Positions 38,595 to 47,258 of a DNA stretch of 64,000 nt are shown here, in pieces (the first letter of the stretch is position 1; the number at the start of each line of letters is the position of its first letter). This DNA is from Clostridium thermobutyricum. GTDB lineage: Bacteria; Bacillota; Clostridia; Ch29. Under the pieces are notes generated by a model that ran no database searches, was not told where the DNA came from, and saw nothing but the letters and a program-made list of their open reading frames with translations. The stretch lies in NCBI GenBank assembly GCA_016842005.1, contig JAENYD010000001.1, positions 22,261 to 86,260 of the forward strand, read 5' to 3'. The translations under genes and the position numbers were made by a program.

Positions 38595-38792
38595 TCAACT
38601 CCATTTGCGCACAGTTTTTATAGTAACTCTTATTTGTTTGGCTACCTCCTCTTCATGATTACCCTGTGCCAATAAAAGTATTATGGACGCTCTTTGATCC
38701 ATTCGCTTTTCTGACTTTTGACCCCTTACAATTTTCTCAAGTTCTTCTTTTTGCTTCCGGTTAACTTTTATCCTTTCAATAAGTTTTCTCAT
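38595..38792 (-). CDS. IS630-family transposase N-terminal HTH part (ORF A)
   Basis: 65-aa HTH segment ending ...IKTVRKWS*. The expected continuation (NGVDELYDLPRSGAPRKF) lies in the +1 frame. Confidence 0.7.
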   Translation of the reverse strand: MRKLIERIKVNRKQKEELEKIVRGQKSEKRMDQRASIILLLAQGNHEEEVAKQIRVTIKTVRKWS

Positions 38793-38956
38793 GCTCCTAT
38801 CTTAACATGGTTTACATAAATGTTCATTGGTAATTCTGCTCTTAAGTGCTATGTCTGTATATGATTTTCTTATATTATCCTTTTAGATACTGACTTCTGG
38901 AATTCTGTACTAGGTAACCATTGTCTGTTAAACATACAGGAAAAGTGCAATAATAT

Positions 38957-40114
38957 CTATCTGCCGCTGGCCTTCTTGAATAGAGCAAGGTAACCAGCCC
39001 TGTCAATGGGTCTGGGATTGCTCGCGGTGGACAGATTCCTCTCGGACATCTCCGAAAGAATCTCAAAATCCCCTTCCTTCACGCCTAGGCTGTCAAACCC
39101 CGGCAGTCCTATGTCCCTGGATATGTCCTTGACAGCCTCTATGCATAGGACAGCAGCCTTGCTGTCGTCCCTTTCCTCTATGTCCATTGCCCTCGCAATC
39201 CTTGCATACTTATATTCAGCGTCGGGGAGATTGTACTCCATCACGTAAGGCAGCAGTATTGCATTGCAGAGCCCGTGGGGTGCATCGTACATGCCGCCCA
39301 GCGCCTCGGCCATGCAGTGCACCGATGCAACGTCGGAGTGGCTGAAGCATAAGCCCGCCAGCAGGCTGCCCAGCATCATGCCGGCCCTTGCCTCCAGGTT
39401 CCTTCCGTTTGCAACCGCCTCCCTAATATTCTTTGAGATGAGTTCTACGGCATACAGTCCCAGCGCTTCGGCTATAGGCTCCGTTACGTTTGCCGTATAC
39501 CCCTCTATAGCGTGCGTCAGGGCATCCACGCCTGTGGAAGCTGTCACCCCCGGTGGAACCGTCAGCGTCAGTTCAGGGTCCACCAGCGCTGTCTTTGCTG
39601 CAACGGCAGGGCTTTTAATGGTGAACTTGAAGTTTTCCTCAGTATCGGTTATAACCGATGAGAAGGTTACTTCACTGCCCGTCCCAGCTGTAGTGGGTAC
39701 CGCTATAAAGGGCAGGCATTCTCCGTTCACCTTGCCTCTGCCGCTGTAATCCTTTGCCCTCCCTCCCTGCTTTGCCAGCACGCATACTGCCTTTGCCGCA
39801 TCTATGGGGCTTCCTCCCCCAACCGCTACCAGGCAGTCTGCGCCGTATTTTCTTGCCTCCTCCGCCGCTTCCTCCACGTTGTAATCCTTTGGATTCGGCT
39901 CCACCCCATCATATACCACGCAGTGGAAACCCGACGCCCTCAGCAGCCCCGACACCCTGTCGCACACTCCTGCTCTGATTACCCCCCTGTCGGTAACCAC
40001 CATCGCTCTGCTGGCACCCAGTGCCCTGAGTTCATCGCCCAGATGCTCTATAACCCCTATCCCGTACTTTATTCGGGAAGGTAGAATAAATTCGAAACTA
40101 TCCGATACTCCCAT
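38957..40114 (-). CDS. Iron-containing alcohol dehydrogenase
   Basis: 385 aa. Fe-ADH motifs seen: VAVGGGSPIDAAKA and metal-binding His residues (...HAIEGY..., ...HCMAEALGG...). Confidence 0.9.
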   Translation of the reverse strand: MGVSDSFEFILPSRIKYGIGVIEHLGDELRALGASRAMVVTDRGVIRAGVCDRVSGLLRASGFHCVVYDGVEPNPKDYNVEEAAEEARKYGADCLVAVGGGSPIDAAKAVCVLAKQGGRAKDYSGRGKVNGECLPFIAVPTTAGTGSEVTFSSVITDTEENFKFTIKSPAVAAKTALVDPELTLTVPPGVTASTGVDALTHAIEGYTANVTEPIAEALGLYAVELISKNIREAVANGRNLEARAGMMLGSLLAGLCFSHSDVASVHCMAEALGGMYDAPHGLCNAILLPYVMEYNLPDAEYKYARIARAMDIEERDDSKAAVLCIEAVKDISRDIGLPGFDSLGVKEGDFEILSEMSERNLSTASNPRPIDRAGYLALFKKASGR

Positions 40115-40239
40115 ACTCGTCCCTCCTCTTTGATTATTTCTACACTAACTTGGGATTCCCCTTTATGATGTTTATAAAAATAATGCCGGAGCCCCACATC
40201 GGCGTACCGGCAATGTATCTGTCATGCCAAAAGTATTAA

Positions 40240-40260
40240 GGCCTGCAGCTGCTGCAGGCC
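40240..40260. terminator. GC-rich palindromic hairpin between the ADH start region and the peptidase pseudogene end
   Basis: GGCCTGCAG-CTG-CTGCAGGCC, followed by CCTTTT on the plus strand and TTAATACTTTT on the minus strand. Confidence 0.45.
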
Positions 40261-40275
40261 CCTTTTGCCGGCCAA

Positions 40276-41646
40276 TTATTGCATATATACCTTTTGACCC
40301 TTGACCACAGAATGAAGTTTGGCAGCTTTGGCCTTTAACCCTTTAGGAGACTTGGGCATGGGTGTTTTCGCTATCTGATACAGTACACTTGATACCAAAG
40401 TGCCGGTATTGTACATGTTTTCCTCCTGGATTTTATCAATGCTGTCGTCATCGGTGTGGTAATAGGGGTCTGGCCTATAGCTCAAGAAGGTGGTCGGGAT
40501 CCCGAACCATTCGAAGTTCGCATGGTCGCTCCTGTCGCTGTAGTCGGTATCGTACTGCAGTCCCAAAATCTGGGCCGAAGCGATGAACTGCTCCTGAAGC
40601 CATGTAGGAGTTTCCTCGTATGCCATGTAGAACACCAGGGTACCCCTACGCCCACCATATCCAGGTTGATCATGGCAGCTATGTCCTTAATCCGGCCCTT
40701 TTCCTCCATCTCGAGCACATACTCCTCCGAGCCTACCAGCGCCGTCTCCTCGGCGCCGAAGGCAATAAACTTGACATCGTAGGCAAGCTTCTTGTCCGCC
40801 ATGAGCCTTGCCACTTCCATTATGGTGGCGGTTCCCGAGACGTTGTCGTTTGCACCAGGCGTGTCGACACCGTCGTAATGGGCTCCCTCCACTATGGTCT
40901 GGGCTTTTCTGTCTTTGCCCTGTCGACAGGTTTTGTCGCAATTATGTTCTGGGAATAGCTTTCATCGATAATAGTCTCAATATCCATTTTGACAGTGACT
41001 GCGAGTTCTTACAGCAGCCCGGCAAGGTATTCGCCGTCCGCCTTCAGTATAGCTAGGGCAGGAATGTCGGTCAGAGTACTCAATGTGCCGTTTATGATGC
41101 CATCGGTATTGTTGAATATTATTGCTCCTACGGCTCCGGCTTCAGCGGCATTCTGGACCTTTTCATAGAATGTAAATGCACCTCTTCTTATTAAGGCTAT
41201 TTTCCCTGTGAAATCCTGCCCCTCAAAATCCTCCGGATACCCCAGTCCTGCATAGGCCAGCTCTGCAGTCAAGCCGCATTCCGGGGTGGACGGTGAGTAC
41301 ATGAAGGTTTTGGTCTCAAATTTCTCAACCGAAGGAGCCAGCATGGCCAGCTCTGAACCCAGGTCCTTGAACAGTATCATCGGGAAGATCTGCCTTTCTA
41401 CCTGAAGTCCCAGTTTCTCGAAGTAATTTACAATGTAGTCCCCCGCCTATGCTCTCCTTCGGTCTCGGCCTCCCGGGCATCATCGGTGGCTACCAGCACC
41501 TCTCTATATGCCCTATCGCGTTGCCGGTAGAATAGTCGCTGAATATGTCCTTGTGCACCGGCTCGGTATAAACCGCAGTCGAAACAAGCAGCGCAAGGGC
41601 AATGACCAGCATCAGCACCCTGTTTCGTTTCAGATCCTTCATCATC
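40276..41646 (-). pseudogene. Decayed M28-family aminopeptidase with PA domain (multiple frameshifts)
   Basis: Pieces in different frames: a signal-peptide-like KDLKRNRVLMLVIALALLVSTAVY, one nt out of frame with the only ATG pair (41641-41646); a PA domain FTGKIALIRRGAFTFYEKVQNAAEAGAVGAIIFN (41009-41380); the M28 core HYDGVDTPGANDNVSGTA...FGAEE (40482-40892); and a C-terminal YHTDDDSIDKI (40276-40635). Confidence 0.8.
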
Positions 41647-41687
41647 GGATAATCCCCTCCATAGATTATTTTATTTGGTATCCAAGT

Positions 41688-41864
41688 CTATTTTAAATGG
41701 TTCAACGTTGAATTTTGTGGTCAAGAGATTTTTAGCATGGAATTATTGCCAGTGACTTTTGTGAAAATCAATATTTATAAGGGTTTTATAAATCCATATG
41801 GTATAATTTACATATCAAAAATTTATTGAACCCCATTTCTCACAAAAGTCGTTGATGAACCTTT
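41688..41864 (-). repeat. Copy B of the ~155-180 bp repeat element (inverted relative to copy A)
   Basis: See copy A. The core is 41711-41864. It lies directly upstream of the decayed peptidase gene, in the same orientation relative to that gene as copy A has relative to cysK. Confidence 0.85.
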
Positions 41865-42140
41865 TAAATTATGACATGGACAGGAAAGGAATGTTTTGTT
41901 AAAAGTCCGGACATCAACCATATTTTTCCCAACAAATTGCGCCCAAAGGGCACCAATAACGCAACCCTTTCCTTAGATGCGACAAGCCGGGAGGTAAAAA
42001 CGTGTCAAAGGATTCCCTTCCATGACACAACTTTCATATTAATACATGGTTGTAAATATATATTTACCGTCCTTTCCGCAATAACTCCGCAGAGCAGACA
42101 GTTTGCGGCAAACGCTTCCCTCAGGCAGCAGCTGAAACCT

Positions 42141-42167
42141 GCAGCCCACCCTCAAAGGGTGGGCTGC
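42141..42167. terminator. GC-rich hairpin downstream of the OCD-family gene
   Basis: GCAGCCCACCC-TCAAA-GGGTGGGCTGC, about 60 nt past the stop at 42229. There is no clear U-tract on either strand. Confidence 0.4.
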
Positions 42168-42228
42168 GCATTATTGCCATCAATTATGTCCATTATCCTG
42201 CTTTATTGGCGGCTCTTTTGTCCGTCCT

Positions 42229-43263
42229 TTACAGGGGAAGCTTAACCCCAAGGCCCATCTCCAGCGCACGGTCCAGCACGGTCCTGGCCATTACCACATC
42301 TTCCACCGCCATACCTATATTGCTGGCTACTATCAATTCGTCCTTGCGCTCACGTCCCGCCTTGATGCCGGCAACCACTTCTCCGGTCTCGCCGTATATG
42401 TTTTCAGGCATCCCGTCAGGATAGTATCCCGCTTCATCAAAGTGCCTGTGCTGCCCGATATCATCAACCAGAAACTTGTCCGCCCTCCTCATGGTCTCTA
42501 TCTCCCAGAAGGAATCCAGGTCGCATATGAGCACCGTCTGCCCCTTCTGTATCCACTGGTCTCTCACTTTGGGATCCGGTTTTTCCAGAATGGCAGTGGC
42601 TGAAGCCAGTACCTCGCAGCTCTTTACCATCTCCTCCACCGAAGCGGCCGGAATTATTTCGGCATCCACTTCCGGCTGTATTTCCTCAATCAGACTGTCC
42701 ATTGCGGCAGGTACTACATCATATATGTATATCTTCTTCAGGTTTTTCAGCTCTTTGGGCATAAATCTCACATGCTCCCTGCCCTGGACCCCGCACCCGA
42801 ACATACCGAAGGTCTCCGCACTGCTGTCGGCCAGATATCGTGCCGAAAGGGCAGATACTGCCGGAGTACGCTTGGCGGTAATCCATATGGCATCCATTAT
42901 GGCCAGGGGAAACCCTGATTCCATATCATTGAAGATGAGCAGACCCGAAGTCTGGGCCAGGTTAAAACGGAACGGGTTCTCTGGAAAGCACTCCACCCAC
43001 TTCATGCCGCAGGCATTCTCTCCCGGCACCAGCGCCGGCATTGCATGGAAGAAAGTGTTTTTCAGGGGATGTATCCCGATTTTTGCAGGCATCTCGGTTT
43101 TCTTCCTGCCGTGGGCCTCCAGCGCAGACCGGGTAATGGATATAATATCCTCCGTACTCAGCCCGGTACTCATGCAGTCTTCCCGGGTAAGATACAAAAT
43201 CTCTCTGCCGATATTCAGTTTTTTACCGATATTTTCCCTGTAGGCCAGACTATCCATGAACAT
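42229..43263 (-). CDS. Ornithine cyclodeaminase / mu-crystallin family protein
   Basis: 344 aa with OCD_Mu_crystallin-like sequence and a Rossmann motif FGMFGCGVQG. Confidence 0.8.
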   Translation of the reverse strand: MFMDSLAYRENIGKKLNIGREILYLTREDCMSTGLSTEDIISITRSALEAHGRKKTEMPAKIGIHPLKNTFFHAMPALVPGENACGMKWVECFPENPFRFNLAQTSGLLIFNDMESGFPLAIMDAIWITAKRTPAVSALSARYLADSSAETFGMFGCGVQGREHVRFMPKELKNLKKIYIYDVVPAAMDSLIEEIQPEVDAEIIPAASVEEMVKSCEVLASATAILEKPDPKVRDQWIQKGQTVLICDLDSFWEIETMRRADKFLVDDIGQHRHFDEAGYYPDGMPENIYGETGEVVAGIKAGRERKDELIVASNIGMAVEDVVMARTVLDRALEMGLGVKLPL

Positions 43264-43529
43264 GCCTCCTATCTCGTATATTTTAAATATACCTTCTATA
43301 ATCCGGCGGAGAATCCTTTAACCGATAGAAATTTATTCCCACACTGTTGAACCTGCAAACCCCGCTTGAATATCACTACCATTTTCCTGTCTTGGCCCAT
43401 ATATTTCTTCTCATGTATATATTTTTAAACCACAAACCATACAGCTTCTGCCTGACAACCTCCGCTAATCCGGATTGGTCCCGCCAGACAAATGTTTTTC
43501 TGCTGTATAATATCCGGGCCGTCAATAGT

Positions 43530-43747
43530 GTCAGAAGAACCGTCCCCCTGACATCCCCCTGACACTGACAACCGTTCCTTTGAAATGGCACCGGCAGACA
43601 AATACTTTTCTCTTGCATAATTTCCGGAATGATAATGTTGTCAGAAGAACCGTCCCCCTGACAGTCACGGAATGATAATGTTGTCAGAAGAACCGTCCCC
43701 CTGACATCCCCCTGACAGTCATTGTCAGAAGAACCGTCCCCTTGACA
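43530..43747 (+). repeat. Array of four copies of a 24-nt motif GTCAGAAGAACCGTCCCCCTGACA plus extra TCCCCCTGACA half-units
   Basis: The copies lie at 43530-43553, 43640-43663, 43683-43706 and 43724-43747; the last has one mismatch. Extra 11-mers lie at 43554-43564 and 43707-43717. Each 24-mer has complementary ends, GTCAG...CTGAC. Confidence 0.9.
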
Positions 43748-43850
43748 ATGGGAAAATCATGAAAAAATTGCATAAATTCTATCGTGCGATATGCTGTCCC
43801 CTGTTGTAATATATACATAAAGTATTTATTAATATATATCAAGGAGTGAT

Positions 43851-44579
43851 ATGGTGAAGAGACTGATTTCTATATCGATAATAGCAATATTGTTGATGGG
43901 AATTATCGCCCTGGCACCCGTTGGAAAAACGGATACCGAGGCCTACACCTCCTTCCAGGATGCCGGAGTGGACAGGGTTGTTATAACGGCGTCCGCCCTT
44001 AATGTCAGGTCAGGGAACAGCACAGGTTTCCCCGTTGTAGACAGGATATACAGGGACCAGGTTATTGAAGTCATAGGCAAACTGGGAAACTGGTATGTGG
44101 TACATCTGCCCAATGACACCGTCGGTGCTGTGGCAAGCTGGTATACAAAACCTTATGTGGAACAGCAGCAGCCTCCTTCCAATAATAATTCATATGCGTC
44201 ACAGGAAGAGCAGTACATGCTTCAGCTAATCAATCAGGAAAGGGAAAAAGCCGGCCTCAGTCCCCTGAAGATGGACAAGGACCTGGTAAAACTGGCCCGT
44301 CTCAAGTCCCAGGATATGATAGACTACAACTACTTCAGCCATACATCGCCCACTTATGGTTCACCCTTCCAGATGATGAATGATTTCGGCATCCAGTACA
44401 GATATGCAGGAGAGAATATTGCCGGAAACCGTTCGGTGGACAGCGCCCATCAGGCACTGATGAATTCTTCCGGGCACAGGGCCAATATACTGAATGCAAA
44501 TTACAACTACATCGGTATAGGTATAGTAGACGGCGGGCCCTACGGTAAGATGTTCACTCAAATGTTTGTGGGCAGATAA
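43851..44579 (+). CDS. Secreted SH3b + CAP/SCP-domain protein (YkwD-like)
   Basis: 242 aa. It has a signal/TM segment, an SH3-like segment (ALNVRSGNSTGFPVV...GNWYVV), and a CAP domain with ...SSGHRANILNANYNYIGIG... AAGGAG lies upstream of the ATG at 43851. Confidence 0.8.
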   Translation: MVKRLISISIIAILLMGIIALAPVGKTDTEAYTSFQDAGVDRVVITASALNVRSGNSTGFPVVDRIYRDQVIEVIGKLGNWYVVHLPNDTVGAVASWYTKPYVEQQQPPSNNNSYASQEEQYMLQLINQEREKAGLSPLKMDKDLVKLARLKSQDMIDYNYFSHTSPTYGSPFQMMNDFGIQYRYAGENIAGNRSVDSAHQALMNSSGHRANILNANYNYIGIGIVDGGPYGKMFTQMFVGR

Positions 44580-44591
44580 TATATAACTGAT

Positions 44592-44629
44592 AAAAAAGCA
44601 TTTCCCCGTAATGGAGGAAATGCTTTTTT
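44592..44629. terminator. Bidirectional intrinsic terminator between the CAP gene and the patatin gene
   Basis: GCATTTCC (44598-44605) pairs with GGAAATGC (44616-44623). It is flanked by AAAAAA and TTTTTT. Confidence 0.7.
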
Positions 44630-44630
44630 A

Positions 44631-45569
44631 TCATATATCCAGTATTCTCCTGACCTCAGGCAGTTTTTCCTTCATGGCGTCATATCCCCTCTTTATGCAC
44701 TCGGGGATTTTACCGCTATCCAGCAGGGATACATTATATATGCGGGGATTTATCACTACAGCGTCCTGCCTTATTCTGCCCGCAAAAAAAGAAGGCTGCT
44801 CTCTGTATACCAGTTCTATTACATTGTTCATTTTGTTTCTCAGTTTTGTTATGTGGTAAGACATCACGTCAATGGTCTGACTGCCTATTTCCAGTATATT
44901 GTCCACTTTTTCCTCTCTTTCCCCGCAGTATCCCAGGTTTATCCCGATAATCTTACTGGCTCCCATCAGTTTCAGCAGGTTTATGGGAAGGTTATTGACC
45001 ACTCCGCCATCCACAAGCCTTCTCTCTCTGCCGTCCAGGTTCAGCAATTTGGGCCTGAATACCGAAGGAATGGCTATGCTGGCCCTCACCGCTTCGGCTA
45101 TCCGTACCTTATCGTAAAAGTCCATGTCACTGTCCCTGGAGCTTTTTATCTTGCGGGAAATAAAGACTATGGACCTGCCGTCGTTTATGTCAACCGCCGT
45201 TATTGCCAGTGGTATACTTGTTTCATACATCTTCTTCCCTTCAGTGAGTTTAAACATTATCCGCTCGATCCTGTCCCCTTTTATCAACCCGGTCAGTACC
45301 GGCTTTCCCCTGAAAAGAAGCCACAAATTAAATACTGCATTTATAGCTCCCCTCACATCAAAATCTATCATGCACGGGGAATACTTGAGGACATTTTCCT
45401 CTATAAGGTCTACAGACATTCCCGTGGCATACAGGGCGGCAATAATACTGCCGGCACTTGTGCCCGAGATCATGTCCGGCTTGAGACCCTCTTCTTCCAG
45501 GGCCCTTAGAGCACCTATATGGGACATCCCCCTTACACTTCCCCCCGAAAGTGCCAGGCCCAGCGGCAT
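44631..45569 (-). CDS. Patatin-like phospholipase
   Basis: 312 aa. Motifs seen: GGSVRG oxyanion motif, GTSAGS nucleophile elbow, DGG catalytic Asp motif. Confidence 0.9.
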   Translation of the reverse strand: MPLGLALSGGSVRGMSHIGALRALEEEGLKPDMISGTSAGSIIAALYATGMSVDLIEENVLKYSPCMIDFDVRGAINAVFNLWLLFRGKPVLTGLIKGDRIERIMFKLTEGKKMYETSIPLAITAVDINDGRSIVFISRKIKSSRDSDMDFYDKVRIAEAVRASIAIPSVFRPKLLNLDGRERRLVDGGVVNNLPINLLKLMGASKIIGINLGYCGEREEKVDNILEIGSQTIDVMSYHITKLRNKMNNVIELVYREQPSFFAGRIRQDAVVINPRIYNVSLLDSGKIPECIKRGYDAMKEKLPEVRRILDI

Positions 45570-45724
45570 TCCATCCCACCCCCTTTCCGGTTTTTATTAC
45601 CATAATACTGGAAAGGGGTTTAAAAGGTGTGTGCTTGACAAACCGTTCCTATGAAATAAAATAGTATTGTACGCAAACCCATAGCCAAGATGATATAATA
45701 AAAAAACGACCATAATGAAACAAT

Positions 45725-46654
45725 ATGCTACGCAAATTCATGACGGAGATGGTATTAATGAAAAAACAGCTGAAAGCGGACATTTTTCTGCTTACCGTAA
45801 CGATTGCCTGGGGCTCGACCTTTGTATTGACCAAGAACTCCCTCCAGTATCTGCCTACTTACAACTTTCTCAGCATAAGGTTTGTAATATCAACGCTGAT
45901 ACTGGGGATAATCTTCAGAAAACGTATTTCCCGGATGGACGGGGCCACCGCTGTGGGGGGCATACTGATCGGGCTGTTCCTGTTTGCAGGGTATGCCTTT
46001 CAGACGATCGGGCTGAATTATACCACCGCCTCAAAATCCGGATTTATTACAGGTCTCAGCGCAGTGATGGTGCCAATACTGTCGGCCATAATACTGAAAA
46101 AAAGACCCGAACCCGCAGCCATGGCAGGAGTTGTATTTGCCGTAACAGGTCTTGGGCTGCTGACCCTGGACGGCGGGTTTATACCCAATATTGGGGACGT
46201 ATATACGCTGTTCTGTGTTTTTGCTTTTGCCATGCAGGTAATACTGATAGACAAGTTTACGAAGGATTATGACCCCATCTGCCTGGCCACCCTGCAGATA
46301 GCTGTTGTGGCAGTGCTCAGCACCCTTTTCACCTTCTGGCTGGAAAAACCCGTCATGCCGGTGCGGATGGATGTTTGGACCGCACTGCTTGTTACATCCC
46401 TGTTTGCCACGGTATACGCCATCGTGATGCAGAACATAATGCAAAAACACACCTCTCCCACCCATGCAGCCTTAATATTTGTGGGTGAACCGGTATTCGG
46501 GGCTCTGTTCGCCTATATCCTGCTGGGAGAGGTCCTGAGTCTGAAGCAGGTTTTTGGCTGTATACTGATGCTGACGGGCATGGTGGTGTCCGAATTGAAA
46601 CCCGCAAAAAGCAGGAAGAGCGCCTCTGCGCTCCAGCAAACCACAAACCACTAG
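45725..46654 (+). CDS. DMT-superfamily (EamA) transporter
   Basis: 309 aa with about ten TM segments and two EamA repeats. The exact start among several Met codons is uncertain. Confidence 0.85.
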   Translation: MLRKFMTEMVLMKKQLKADIFLLTVTIAWGSTFVLTKNSLQYLPTYNFLSIRFVISTLILGIIFRKRISRMDGATAVGGILIGLFLFAGYAFQTIGLNYTTASKSGFITGLSAVMVPILSAIILKKRPEPAAMAGVVFAVTGLGLLTLDGGFIPNIGDVYTLFCVFAFAMQVILIDKFTKDYDPICLATLQIAVVAVLSTLFTFWLEKPVMPVRMDVWTALLVTSLFATVYAIVMQNIMQKHTSPTHAALIFVGEPVFGALFAYILLGEVLSLKQVFGCILMLTGMVVSELKPAKSRKSASALQQTTNH

Positions 46655-46655
46655 A

Positions 46656-47258
46656 TTATTCGTCGTTCCCCACAAAATGCTTTATTATATCCCACAGCTG
46701 CTCTTTCCCTTCTCGCTTCACCGCCGAGAAGGGAATTATTATATCCTCACCCTCCATACCCAGGGTATTGATAATATCCCTCAGATGGCTGTTCCATTTT
46801 CCCCGGGAGACCTTATCCGCCTTTGAGGCAATGACTATGCCGGGAAATCCGGCTTCCTTGATCCAGCCGTACATCATAACGTCCAGTTCGGTGGGCCTGT
46901 GCCTCATATCCACCAGCTGCAGAATGCCTTCCAGGGTGGTACGGGTGTTCAGGTACTCATCCATTATTTTCCCCCACTTGAGCCGCTCACTTTTTGAAAC
47001 CTTTGCAAAACCGTAACCGGGCAGGTCCACCATAAAAAAGCTGTCGTTTATCCTGTAAAAATTTATGGTTCTGGTCTTTCCGGGCTGGGAACTGGTACGG
47101 GCGAGGTTTTTCCTGTTCAGCAGACAGTTTATCAGGGAGGACTTCCCCACATTGGACCTGCCGGCAAAGGCTATCTCCGGCAGGCCTTCCCCGGGGTACT
47201 GGTTTCTGGAAACAGCGCTGATCACCAGCTCAGCTTTTGTTATCTTCATTTTCCCCAT
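46656..47258 (-). CDS. engB: Ribosome-biogenesis GTPase EngB/YsxC
   Basis: 200 aa with a G1 motif [12 protein letters not shown]. It has the conserved position after lon. Confidence 0.9.
   Translation of the reverse strand: MGKMKITKAELVISAVSRNQYPGEGLPEIAFAGRSNVGKSSLINCLLNRKNLARTSSQPGKTRTINFYRINDSFFMVDLPGYGFAKVSKSERLKWGKIMDEYLNTRTTLEGILQLVDMRHRPTELDVMMYGWIKEAGFPGIVIASKADKVSRGKWNSHLRDIINTLGMEGEDIIIPFSAVKREGKEQLWDIIKHFVGNDE

Larger units (their letters stand above)
36844..38925 (-). mobile_element. IS630-family insertion sequence carrying a passenger gene (boundaries approximate)
   Basis: Imperfect terminal inverted repeats: GACAGTGGCTAGCACCTAGTACTAGAG (36844-36870) versus the reverse complement of 38903-25, GACAATGGTTACCTAGTACAGAA. 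That is 20 matches over 23 aligned positions with two gaps. They enclose the split transposase and one extra ORF. Confidence 0.55.

Noticed and set aside
43530-43747. The repeat array as a small CRISPR array
   Set aside because: The repeats are only 24 nt and the spacing is irregular (110, 43 and 41 nt). The would-be spacers are themselves duplicated sequence (the 43-nt and 73-nt units). The repeat bears no resemblance to the GTT...GAAAC-type repeats expected for I-B/III-A Cas6 enzymes.
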